DNA of 64,000 nucleotides, from the NCBI GenBank assembly GCA_964521295.1, contig CAZFRF010000001.1, forward strand, positions 270,146 to 334,145, read 5' to 3'. The notes under the pieces are model-generated. The model saw only the letters and a program-made list of their open reading frames with translations, made no database searches and was not told the origin of the DNA. The stretch's first letter is position 1. Every line of letters begins with the position of its first letter. Position numbers and translations under genes: made by a program. This DNA comes from an uncultured Gammaproteobacteria bacterium. GTDB taxonomy: Bacteria; Patescibacteriota; Microgenomatia; Levybacterales; UBA12049. Shown here one piece after another: positions 52,340 to 61,157 of the stretch.

Positions 52340-52381
52340 TTTGAAGCTAAAATTATATTAAGAAAAATCACTTGAAGCTAG
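52340..52381 (-). promoter_or_regulatory. Candidate promoter/operator upstream of the TIR-like gene
   Basis: On the minus strand there is a TATAAT at 52352-52357 with a TTCAAG -35-like hexamer at 52371-52376 (13-nt spacer, suboptimal). A 9-bp direct repeat TTGAAGCTA sits at 52341-52349 and 52372-52380, 31 bp apart. A second extended -10 (TGGTATAAT, 52282-52290) lies just upstream of the ATG at 52274. Confidence 0.3.
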
Positions 52382-52427
52382 TGGAGAAATAAGTTTATAT
52401 TTTCAATCTTTACTATCTTTCAATTTA

Positions 52428-53096
52428 TTAACGTGGCATTACTCCATTTCCAGGCATAAAGGCTCTTTTTAAGAGCCCAAATCTAGAACCCGTAGTTTGC
52501 TTTTCCGTAACAGCTTCCCCAAAAGCAAATAAATTCATATCACTTATCTTACGAAGTTTATCCACTACGCGATCATTTTCTTGCGTTCTTAGATGGGTTA
52601 CGCCAGAAATTAAATTGGGCAATCTTACAAGTCCTGGGTATATATCTCTTGCAGATGTCATCTCTTCTGACCGAGGATACCAAATAAGTACCCTAGTAAC
52701 ATCTTCTCCTTTGCCATAACTTTCTAAAACACCCCAAAAATCATGTGGTTTTAAGTATTCAAATTTCCTTACCCCACCATCAGTTATAGGAAATAATGCT
52801 TCAGAATTAAAGCCAATTATTGTTCCATCCTGATAGGCAGATCCAACAAACTCTTCACCTTCTCCAAATCTTTTCAAAGGAGTAGCTCCGGCAATTTGTA
52901 GAAAATCTTTTAAGGCCTGTCTTGCTCTCGAGTCAGCACCCCATTCACCACGAACTGATATTCGAGATGGGGAATGTGGCTGTACAGGGCAATCATCGTC
53001 AAAACCATGATCATCCCAATGCTCAGGACTTCTAAAATCTCCTTTTCCAAATGATCGATATTCATTCATGTGGGGTATTATACCAAAAATAGTCAT
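52428..53096 (-). CDS. Hypothetical protein, compositionally atypical (GC-elevated)
   Basis: 222-aa uninterrupted ORF with elevated GC. Gly/Asp/Arg-rich. No recognisable domain. Lies 108 bp upstream of the TIR-like gene on the same strand. Confidence 0.4.
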   Translation of the reverse strand: MTIFGIIPHMNEYRSFGKGDFRSPEHWDDHGFDDDCPVQPHSPSRISVRGEWGADSRARQALKDFLQIAGATPLKRFGEGEEFVGSAYQDGTIIGFNSEALFPITDGGVRKFEYLKPHDFWGVLESYGKGEDVTRVLIWYPRSEEMTSARDIYPGLVRLPNLISGVTHLRTQENDRVVDKLRKISDMNLFAFGEAVTEKQTTGSRFGLLKRAFMPGNGVMPR

Positions 53097-53128
53097 CCTA
53101 AAAAAAATATTTATGCTAAAATCTTTGC

Positions 53129-53956
53129 GTGAGTATTAATCAAAATAATTTTGACAAAAAATATTATTACGAAATCTGCTTTGGCTCAGAAGACTTTAAG
53201 AAAAGCAAAGGATTAAAGGTTGCTCCTCGTGTAAAGAAAATGATTGACGATCTAAACCTTTCTAAATCCATGGATGTTTTAGAGATTGGCTGCGGAAGAG
53301 GAGATACGGCTCTATACATAGCAAAAAAAGTTAACTCGGTTACTGCAATAGATTACTCAAAAGACGGAATAAAAATTGCAAACAGTATCAAAAAGAATTT
53401 TCCTAAAAAAATTCAAGATAAAACTAAATTTTTTGTAATGGATGCAACAAAATTATCTTTTAAAAATAATTCTTTTGACTATGTAATCTTAATTGACACA
53501 ATTGAACACTTAAATACTAAAGAACAAATTAAAATGTTAAATGAAATACAAAGAGTCTTAAGACCTCAAGGAAAACTATATGTAAGAACATGTACAAATA
53601 AGATCTTAAATGATTTTACATATAAATATTATTCATATCCTTTAAATATATTTCTCACCTGGATTGATAAAATGATAAAAGGCGTTGATTACGAATCTTT
53701 ACCTAAAAATCCCAGAAATAAAGAGCAGAAAAAGCAACACATAAATGAATGTACATATTTTAGTCTTAAAGAGTTGTTTGCTAAAACAAATTTCAAAGGA
53801 AATATAAAGTCAGAAGTTGGATTATTAAAAGAAGGAATCTCCAGAAGAACTAAATTATATAATTTTGCAATTGCACTATTTCCAATTTCTAAATATTTTC
53901 CACTAAATATCTTTTTTACGTCTTCATTTAATTGCTATCTTCAAAAAGAAAAATAA
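53129..53956 (+). CDS. Class I SAM-dependent methyltransferase (small-molecule/UbiE-like type)
   Basis: Motif I VLEIGCGRGDTALYIA, motif post-I AIDYS, motif II/III FDYVILIDTIEHL. No N6/N4/C5 DNA-MTase motifs. Confidence 0.8.
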   Translation: MSINQNNFDKKYYYEICFGSEDFKKSKGLKVAPRVKKMIDDLNLSKSMDVLEIGCGRGDTALYIAKKVNSVTAIDYSKDGIKIANSIKKNFPKKIQDKTKFFVMDATKLSFKNNSFDYVILIDTIEHLNTKEQIKMLNEIQRVLRPQGKLYVRTCTNKILNDFTYKYYSYPLNIFLTWIDKMIKGVDYESLPKNPRNKEQKKQHINECTYFSLKELFAKTNFKGNIKSEVGLLKEGISRRTKLYNFAIALFPISKYFPLNIFFTSSFNCYLQKEK

Positions 53957-53993
53957 TATATGAAGTTTAGATTGATTTGATAATCTAATTTAG

Positions 53994-54011
53994 TTTTTTT
54001 GCATCAAAAAA
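53994..54011. terminator. Putative bidirectional AT-rich hairpin between convergent genes
   Basis: TTTTTTTGCATCAAAAAA forms an 8-bp stem with a 3-nt loop. It sits in the 66-bp spacer between the convergent methyltransferase (+) and DUF4177 (-) genes. The stem is weak and AT-only. Confidence 0.25.
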
Positions 54012-54022
54012 GCGGAAATATC

Positions 54023-54277
54023 TCAAATTTCTTTTGAAAAAGTGATAACTGCGGCTTCTCTAGTCCAGAAAAGTAGTAATCTACGTTTCTCTAATACCAT
54101 AAAATCCATATTCCACCCTTCTTCTCCATACTTATTCATTACTTCTTCCATTTTCTTAACGGGCATTTTACTACTTGCGACAAGAAGCGTACCTATCGCG
54201 CCTTCTTTAACAACCTCAACTTTATATTGCTTTTTTGCCATTAATAAAATAATCACACAACCAATAATGAATGTCAA
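54023..54277 (-). CDS. Small DUF4177-like protein
   Basis: QYKVEVV...GTLL....MPVKKMEEVMNKYGEEGWNMDFMV fits the DUF4177 pattern (YKV..V....G......LE..LN..G..GWEL). The start may be the internal Met (MAKKQYKV). Confidence 0.4.
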   Translation of the reverse strand: MTFIIGCVIILLMAKKQYKVEVVKEGAIGTLLVASSKMPVKKMEEVMNKYGEEGWNMDFMVLEKRRLLLFWTREAAVITFSKEI

Positions 54278-54303
54278 ATGTTTAAATCAAAAGTGGATGG
54301 CCT

Positions 54304-55440
54304 CTAATTCTTTTGCCTTAGGAACGCGGGAATGTCCCATGAATCATCCTCTTCCTCAACTTGTGGTTGTGGTTCTGGATTAGTTGATGGAACATTATTA
54401 TTCGTACTATTCATCCCTTGAGCCTGGGAAGAATTAACTAATGGCTCTGTAACTGTTGGTGTTACGAATTCCTTCATTACTTGTCTTGTGGAATCAAATC
54501 CAGTTGCAACAACAGTAATTTTTATTTGATCATGCATCGAATCATCGATTGTAGCTCCAAAAATAATGTTAGCGTCTGGATCTGCTGCTGAAGCAATAAT
54601 TTTAGCGGCTTCATCAACTTCATTCATAGTTAAATCTGGTCCACCGGTAATATTAAAGAGTACGCCTCTTGCTCCATCCATTGATATTTCTAAGAGTGGA
54701 GATGCAACTGCACTTCTTGCTGCAGTTTGTGCTCTGTTTTCCCCAACTCCAGTTCCAATTCCCATTAAAGCAGATCCAGCATTTGCCATAATTGTCTTAA
54801 CATCAGCAAAATCAACGTTAATAAGACCAGGCAGAGTAATAAGCTCAGAAATTCCCTGAACACCTTGAGTCAATACCGAATCAGCAACTTTAAAGGCTTC
54901 TAAAAGAGACAATTTTCTATCAACTACATCTAGTATTCTTTGATTTGGAATAACAATAAGGGTATCAACTTTATCTTTAAGCTCTTCGATTGCATCTTCT
55001 GCTGCAACCATTCTCCTTGTGCCTTCAAAAGCAAATGGTTTTGTAACTACAGCAACGGTTAACGCTCCTACTTCTTTAGCAGCTTTAGCAATAATTGGCG
55101 TAGCTCCTGATCCTGTTCCACCACCCATTCCTGCTGTTAAAAAGATCATGTCTGTTCCTTCAAGAAGTTCTTTTGCTTTTTCATAGGATTCTTCTGCGGC
55201 TTGCTTACCAATTTCAGGATTTCCACCAGATCCTAATCCCTTAGTCAAATTTTCACCAATTTGCAATTTGGTTGCTGCTTGATTTAATAAAAGACTCTGT
55301 GCATCTGTATTAACTGCAATAAAATCTACACCTTGAATATTTGAAGAGGCTATCATGGAATTTAAGGCATTACTTCCACCACCACCGATACCCATTACTC
55401 TGATTTTCGCAAAATTAGTTGTTTGTGGTTTAATAAGCAT
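54304..55440 (-). CDS. ftsZ: Cell division GTPase FtsZ
   Basis: [13 protein letters not shown] and the tubulin signature [18 protein letters not shown]. Pro/Gln-rich linker and the conserved C-terminal peptide DIPAFLR. Confidence 0.95.
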   Translation of the reverse strand: MLIKPQTTNFAKIRVMGIGGGGSNALNSMIASSNIQGVDFIAVNTDAQSLLLNQAATKLQIGENLTKGLGSGGNPEIGKQAAEESYEKAKELLEGTDMIFLTAGMGGGTGSGATPIIAKAAKEVGALTVAVVTKPFAFEGTRRMVAAEDAIEELKDKVDTLIVIPNQRILDVVDRKLSLLEAFKVADSVLTQGVQGISELITLPGLINVDFADVKTIMANAGSALMGIGTGVGENRAQTAARSAVASPLLEISMDGARGVLFNITGGPDLTMNEVDEAAKIIASAADPDANIIFGATIDDSMHDQIKITVVATGFDSTRQVMKEFVTPTVTEPLVNSSQAQGMNSTNNNVPSTNPEPQPQVEEEDDSWDIPAFLRQKN

Positions 55441-55486
55441 ATTAATTTATACGGGCATACTAGCAAATAAAAATTTATTTTGCAAG

Positions 55487-56782
55487 TTAGGGCAGGAAGG
55501 ATTTTATAAATCCGAGTATTTTAGAAACAAGTTTATTATCTACCTTAAATGAGCCCATTCTAGGAACCCCAAATCCAAATGGAAGTTTTGCATCTGATTC
55601 TACATTTGAACCATACATCGCAAGACCTATTACCGTAGAAAAATTAGGCTCTTGGATCTCATCAATAATACCTTTAATGTTATTCGCTATTGCTACTCTG
55701 ACTGGCATAGCCAAAACTCTTTTAGCGCTATCAACTGCGCCTACAGTTTTTGCTCCCCCACCAGTTATTACAAGACCCGATGGAGTTTGTCCGGCAAAAC
55801 CTGATTTTTTAACTTCAATACTAACCATAGTAAAAAGTTCATTAAGCCTTGGCCTAATTATTCCATCGACTAAAGTTTTCTTAGAGACTTTTTTCAGCTC
55901 TTCAGCAAGTGCTAAATTACTTAAGTCTACTTCATCAGAGAATCTTTCTTTAACTTTTTCTTCCGAGGTTTCTTCAGTAATTTTAGGCGCTCTTTGAGGC
56001 TGAGACAAAAACATTTTAATCTTCTCTGCCGATTCCAAAGAGATTCTAAGTCCAATTGCAAGATCGTTAGTTATGTGCCTTGCTCCAATTGGCACAACTG
56101 AAGAATAAGCCACTGATCCTTCAACATAAATTGAGATATCTGTTGTCCCTGCGCCAATATCAACCAAAATTACACCCAATTCTTTTTCAGTTTCAGATAA
56201 TACAGCCATGGAACTTGCATAGCCCGAGAAAATTACAGAATCTAAATCAACTCCTACATTAGAAAATGCCTTTTCCATATTTCTAATTGAGGTGCTACTC
56301 GCAGAAATTATATGAGTATCAACTTCAAGCCTTACTCCAGTCATTCCAATAGGATCCTTAATGCCCTCTTGACCGTCTACAATGTAGCTTCGTGGCAAAA
56401 CATGAATAATTTCTCTACTCGATGGCAAAGAGACAGCTCGAGCCGCCTCAATTACTCTAGTAAGATCGCTTTCTGTTATCTCTCCCTCTGGCCTTGCCAC
56501 AGCAACAACACCTCTTGAATTTTGCGATTCGATATGACTTCCACCAATTGAAGCAACTACATGTGAAGCATTGTATCCAGCCATTCTTTCTGCAGCTTCG
56601 AGTGAGCTATTAATAGAAGCAACTGCCTCATCAATGTCTACAATTTGTCCTTTTCTAATTCCAGACGCAGGCACCTCAGATACACCTAAAACATTTACGT
56701 ATTCTTCGTCTACTTTTGCAATTACAGAAACTATTTTTGAGGTTCCAATATCTACACCGACTACTATTTTTCCATCATTCAT
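55487..56782 (-). CDS. ftsA: Cell division protein FtsA
   Basis: Actin-fold phosphate 1 VGVDIGTSKIVSVIA, phosphate 2 DIGAGTTDISIY, adenosine motif GGGA. It sits upstream of ftsZ. Confidence 0.9.
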   Translation of the reverse strand: MNDGKIVVGVDIGTSKIVSVIAKVDEEYVNVLGVSEVPASGIRKGQIVDIDEAVASINSSLEAAERMAGYNASHVVASIGGSHIESQNSRGVVAVARPEGEITESDLTRVIEAARAVSLPSSREIIHVLPRSYIVDGQEGIKDPIGMTGVRLEVDTHIISASSTSIRNMEKAFSNVGVDLDSVIFSGYASSMAVLSETEKELGVILVDIGAGTTDISIYVEGSVAYSSVVPIGARHITNDLAIGLRISLESAEKIKMFLSQPQRAPKITEETSEEKVKERFSDEVDLSNLALAEELKKVSKKTLVDGIIRPRLNELFTMVSIEVKKSGFAGQTPSGLVITGGGAKTVGAVDSAKRVLAMPVRVAIANNIKGIIDEIQEPNFSTVIGLAMYGSNVESDAKLPFGFGVPRMGSFKVDNKLVSKILGFIKSFLP

Positions 56783-56784
56783 AA

Positions 56785-57204
56785 TTAGTTAAAAGAAACA
56801 ACAGGATTAGCAAACCTAAAATCTAAGGTTTTCAGCTTCTTACCTTCTATTGTAAGTCTAGACAAGACTAGTTGTAAAGAGGTTATTTGATCAGAAATCT
56901 CTTTTTTAGGAGTGAAAATTATCTCACCTTCTGGCTCTCTATTTACCATTATGGATCCATCAGAATTTAAAGTTGTTCTTAAATATTTTATATTCTGTTT
57001 TCCCAACTCATCCTTCAATTTATTTTCAAAAGAATTGTAGTTTTTTGATAAAGGATTTACCAACACGCTTTTTCCAAATGAGAAGTTGTAATATAAAAAA
57101 GATCCAACTAAAGCAATGCAAATAGCTAATATTAAAACTGAAAATATATATCTAAATTTAAATTTAGATCTTTCTTTCTTAAAACTGCGTCTTTTTTGAA
57201 ACAT
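56785..57204 (-). CDS. Short FtsQ/DivIB-like bitopic protein (putative)
   Basis: 139 aa. Basic N-terminus, one TM helix, then a beta-rich ectodomain. Positional equivalent of ftsQ between murG and ftsA. No motif confirmation. Confidence 0.35.
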   Translation of the reverse strand: MFQKRRSFKKERSKFKFRYIFSVLILAICIALVGSFLYYNFSFGKSVLVNPLSKNYNSFENKLKDELGKQNIKYLRTTLNSDGSIMVNREPEGEIIFTPKKEISDQITSLQLVLSRLTIEGKKLKTLDFRFANPVVSFN

Positions 57205-58279
57205 TGTACAAAACCTTAATTATTTTTTGAGGAGCATCATCAGTAATAATATTGGAAGAATTTAATTTATAACTTTTAAGCTTATTAAACATTTTTTCTA
57301 TTTCGGCAAAAAAACTAGTCTCATCTAAATAATTTTCGTCCGCCACTTCAGCTAAACCGATACTCTTGGCAAGCCTGGCATTTTTTAATTGCTCGTTTCT
57401 TTGCGAAAAATGAATCGGAATTAATAAACAAGCTTTTTCTAAGAAAATTAACTCACATACGGTATTAGCACCAGCTCTTGCAATAACTAAATCAGATGAT
57501 GCAAAATTCAATGCAGCTTCTTTGGAATTAACAAATTTTAACAAAGTATATCTTTTCGCTAATTCCGCCTTTAAATCTTTTTTTAACTCAAGTAATCTAT
57601 CGAAATCATTAAATTCCTTAGCGTCTCCCGTCTGATGCACTATCTCGTACTTTTCCAAAAGTTTTGCCAAATTTTTATAAACTAAATCATTAATTTTATG
57701 AGATCCCAAACTTCCTCCCGTAATATATATTTTAGGCGTCTCATTCTTAGGAAACTTTTGCTTTTTTACATCAATAATTTCTTGTTTTAAAGGAATGCCC
57801 GTAAGTACTGCTTTATTCTTGGGAAAAAATTCTCTGGAACTCTCAAAAGAAATGCAAACTTTAGTTGCAATTTTTGCCATTAGCCTATTTGAGAGTCCGG
57901 CTTCTTGAGTTTGCTCATGCAAAACCACGGGAATCTGTAAAAGTTTGGCTGCCATAACAACGGGAATCTGTACATAACCCCCAAATCCTAAAATTACATC
58001 TGGTTTAATTTCTTTTAAGATCCTGACAGCGCTAGTAACTCCTAAGGGAAATTTAGTTAATGATAAGATGGTGTGTTTCGAAAACTTTCGCTGCAATCTT
58101 GCAGTTTTTAAATTATAAAAAGGAAGACCCATCTCATTTATAACCTGGAACTCTAATGACAATGCTTGATCTCCTTCTAAAGCATGCTTTCTACCAATAA
58201 AAAATATTTCCTCATTTTTTAAATTATTAATAATTGATATCGCTGGAGACAAATGTCCCCCAATAATTACAATTTTCAT
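57179..58279 (-). CDS. murG: UDP-GlcNAc:lipid I N-acetylglucosaminyltransferase MurG
   Basis: N-terminal MKIVIIGGHLSPAISI, Gly-rich loops GGYVQIPV and TGGSLGS, GT28 architecture. Confidence 0.85.
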   Translation of the reverse strand: MKIVIIGGHLSPAISIINNLKNEEIFFIGRKHALEGDQALSLEFQVINEMGLPFYNLKTARLQRKFSKHTILSLTKFPLGVTSAVRILKEIKPDVILGFGGYVQIPVVMAAKLLQIPVVLHEQTQEAGLSNRLMAKIATKVCISFESSREFFPKNKAVLTGIPLKQEIIDVKKQKFPKNETPKIYITGGSLGSHKINDLVYKNLAKLLEKYEIVHQTGDAKEFNDFDRLLELKKDLKAELAKRYTLLKFVNSKEAALNFASSDLVIARAGANTVCELIFLEKACLLIPIHFSQRNEQLKNARLAKSIGLAEVADENYLDETSFFAEIEKMFNKLKSYKLNSSNIITDDAPQKIIKVLYNVSKKTQF

Positions 58280-58280
58280 A

Positions 58281-59348
58281 TTAGCTAGATTGCTTCTTAA
58301 TATTTAACAAAATTCCAATCGAAGTTAAATTCATAATCAAAGCGCTTCCGCCATGAGATATAAAAGGTAATGGTATTCCAGTCAAAGGAACTAATGCAGT
58401 TTGCGCTGCAAGATTAATTAAAATTTGTCCTGCTAAAAACGTAGAAATACCTCCTGCTAAAAGTTTACCAAATAAATCATTAGCGTTTCTAGCGATTAAA
58501 AATCCTCGCCAAATAATGACAATGAAAATCAAAATAATAGCAACTGCTCCTAAAAACCCTAACTCTTCTGCAATAATGGCAAAAATAGAATCCGTAGCAC
58601 TCTCAGGAAGATATGCGTACTTTTGCAAAGAATTACCAAGTCCAACTCCCATCAGACCCCCTGAGCCCAAAGCGATTAATATCTGCCTAACATGATATGA
58701 AGACTCAGCTACGTCTTGATTAAAATTTAAAAAGGTAGCAAGCCTTGCAGCCCTATATGGCTCAAATATAGCAACCAGGAACCCAATAAAACCAATTATT
58801 GGACCTAGGATAAAGAAATAAATTACTCTTGCGCCGGACAAAAAGTATACAGCAATTGCTTCTAACAAGATGATTATTCCTGTTCCCATATCTGGTTGTA
58901 AAATTACTAATCCAAGAATTAAAGAAAGCAGCATTAAAAATGCCGGCAGCCTATTTCTTTCCTTAGATGAAAACCAAGCGGCCAGATAAACTGCTAAAGC
59001 AAGCTTAACTATTTCAGAAGGCTGAATTGTGAAAAAATGCAAATCAATCCAGCGTCTTGCTCCAAGCAGCTTTAATCCCAAACCTGGAACAAAAACTAGA
59101 ACCAATAAGAAAATAGATATTAAAAGTCCCGGAAGAGCTAAATTGTAAAACCTTTTATAATTAAAATTAGCAAAAAAGATTAAAGCAACTGACCCTAAAA
59201 TAATCCAAAATATCTGATCTTTTATGAAATGATATTTATCTGCAAAATCCCTAAAGGCAACATACGAAGACGCATCATAAATCATGAAAAGACCAAAGAT
59301 GGTCATGAAGTATACACTTGCAAGCAGTACAAGATCGAGCTTTTTCAT
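58281..59348 (-). CDS. ftsW: SEDS family lipid II polymerase/flippase FtsW
   Basis: 10 TM helices, conserved PLPFISHGGSAL motif. Positioned between mraY and murG as in dcw clusters. Confidence 0.8.
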   Translation of the reverse strand: MKKLDLVLLASVYFMTIFGLFMIYDASSYVAFRDFADKYHFIKDQIFWIILGSVALIFFANFNYKRFYNLALPGLLISIFLLVLVFVPGLGLKLLGARRWIDLHFFTIQPSEIVKLALAVYLAAWFSSKERNRLPAFLMLLSLILGLVILQPDMGTGIIILLEAIAVYFLSGARVIYFFILGPIIGFIGFLVAIFEPYRAARLATFLNFNQDVAESSYHVRQILIALGSGGLMGVGLGNSLQKYAYLPESATDSIFAIIAEELGFLGAVAIILIFIVIIWRGFLIARNANDLFGKLLAGGISTFLAGQILINLAAQTALVPLTGIPLPFISHGGSALIMNLTSIGILLNIKKQSS

Positions 59349-60361
59349 TATTTAATGAACGCGAGGTATAAACCCAAAATTGCAAAGAAAACTCCAAAAA
59401 GCCATCCTCTCATTACAATTTTTGGCTCATCCCAACCTCTTTGTAAAAAGAGCAAGTGTAAAGGAGCAACTGGGAAAATTTTTCTCTTCAAAAATTTCTT
59501 GCCTAAAATCTGAATTAAAGATGAACCTACTTCTAAAACAAAAACTCCACCAATAACTACAATCGCCAAAGTTTTTCCTGTTAAAAGACCAATTATTCCT
59601 AATGAGGCACCCAACGCCATAGATCCAACATCTCCTAACCAAAGTCTGGCGCGATAAATATTAAAGTATAAAAATGCAGCCACACTTCCCATTAAAATTG
59701 CAATAAATGCACCCAAACCCTGGTCAACATTGGTATAAGAAATTGCCAAAAAGGAAACTAAACAAATAAGTAAAAGTCCCGGAGAAAGTCCATCTAATCC
59801 ATCGGCGATATTAAATGCGTTTGCAAAAGAAACAATAACAAATGCTGCAAAAGGTATATATAAAAATCCAATATCAGCAGCTCCCAAGCCACGAATAAAA
59901 AGAAAGCTGTAGCCCAAGTGATAATATAATAATACTGCAGGAACCAAAGCCAATCCCCATTGAATTAGAAACTTATGCCTAAACCTTAAACCAAAAAAAG
60001 AATGTGCTTTAGTATCTTTAACCAACTTCTTAGCATCATCATAAAAACCTAAGACTCCGAAGGCAATAAAAGTAAAGAGAATTACGAAAAGCTCCCACAA
60101 ATTTACCTTAATATTAAATATGCCTATTGTCCACAAAAACAAAGCGGTGACTACTGCAATAATCAATATTCCTCCACCAAAAGGAGTTCCTACCTTCCAT
60201 GCGTTTAATTTATCAAACACAGGTGTCGGCTTATCAAAAATGTCTTTGGTTACCTGAACCTGCCTTCGCAATTTTAATTTATACAAAAAATCAATGAAAG
60301 GAATAATCAAAATAAAGGTAATTACCAACGAAAGTAAAGTAAGTCCCAACATTTGTGCCAT
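59348..60361 (-). CDS. mraY: Phospho-N-acetylmuramoyl-pentapeptide transferase MraY
   Basis: NAFNIADGLDGLSPG (DD motif region), the second Asp-containing loop and the His-containing loop. 337 aa, 10 TM helices. Confidence 0.9.
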   Translation of the reverse strand: MAQMLGLTLLSLVITFILIIPFIDFLYKLKLRRQVQVTKDIFDKPTPVFDKLNAWKVGTPFGGGILIIAVVTALFLWTIGIFNIKVNLWELFVILFTFIAFGVLGFYDDAKKLVKDTKAHSFFGLRFRHKFLIQWGLALVPAVLLYYHLGYSFLFIRGLGAADIGFLYIPFAAFVIVSFANAFNIADGLDGLSPGLLLICLVSFLAISYTNVDQGLGAFIAILMGSVAAFLYFNIYRARLWLGDVGSMALGASLGIIGLLTGKTLAIVVIGGVFVLEVGSSLIQILGKKFLKRKIFPVAPLHLLFLQRGWDEPKIVMRGWLFGVFFAILGLYLAFIK

Positions 60362-60419
60362 ATTTTGATATTATATAACCTAGTTCAGCTATATACAAAT
60401 ACTTGAGGCTAAAATACCC

Positions 60420-61157
60420 TTAGACAGCCTGCTGCATGATTTTTTCAGCTTCCAGAAGCTCCTCTTTTGTATTGACTCCACGCCAAACAATATTACCTGC
60501 TTTTTGCGTTTCCACTACTTCACCGTGCTTAATTCCAATATCAATTAAGCTAGTAATATAATATTCCCCAGATACTGGGCTTTTTTGAACCATTGGTAAA
60601 TATTTCTTCAAAAATTGAACACTGAATAAATAGCAGCCTGGATTTATTTCTTTAATTTCTCTTTCTTTATCAGTTGCATCTTTTTCCTCAACAATTGAAC
60701 TTAGTCTCCCATTTGTCCCCCTAACTATTCTTCCTAATCCAGTTGGATTATCTCTTTCAATTGTTAAAAATGTTAAAGCCGCTTTTGACTCGGAATGAGT
60801 CTTTATTAAATTTTCTAAAATTTCAGTTGTATAAAATGCACTATCATCACCATTAACAACTAATACATGCTCTATTCCTTCTGGTATTTCTTTTAATCCA
60901 CAAGTAACTGCATGCGCAGTGCCCAATCTTTTATTTTGAACTGCAAAGATTACCTTATTACCTAATGCATTCATTACGGATTCTTTAGCAAAACCCACAA
61001 CCACAACAATATCCTTAATATTCATTTTCTCTAAGCGCTCAATTGTGTGGATAATCATTGGTTTATCTAAAAGAGGCATTGCAACTTTATTAACTGTCGT
61101 TGCTTTCATTCTACTTCCTTTACCTGCGGCTAAAATAATTGCTCCAACTCTTCCCAT
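60420..61157 (-). CDS. Sugar-1-phosphate nucleotidyltransferase, GlmU N-terminal-domain-like without acetyltransferase domain
   Basis: Signature GAIILAAGKGSRMK and Rossmann-like NTP-transferase fold. It ends at 245 aa, before where a left-handed beta-helix acetyltransferase domain would start. Confidence 0.7.
   Translation of the reverse strand: MGRVGAIILAAGKGSRMKATTVNKVAMPLLDKPMIIHTIERLEKMNIKDIVVVVGFAKESVMNALGNKVIFAVQNKRLGTAHAVTCGLKEIPEGIEHVLVVNGDDSAFYTTEILENLIKTHSESKAALTFLTIERDNPTGLGRIVRGTNGRLSSIVEEKDATDKEREIKEINPGCYLFSVQFLKKYLPMVQKSPVSGEYYITSLIDIGIKHGEVVETQKAGNIVWRGVNTKEELLEAEKIMQQAV

Noticed and set aside
54042-54383. 113-aa plus-strand ORF overlapping the DUF4177 gene and the ftsZ 3' end
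   Set aside because: Ser/Leu-rich low-complexity product. It is antisense to the ftsZ C-terminus. The minus-strand DUF4177-like frame has a recognisable family pattern.
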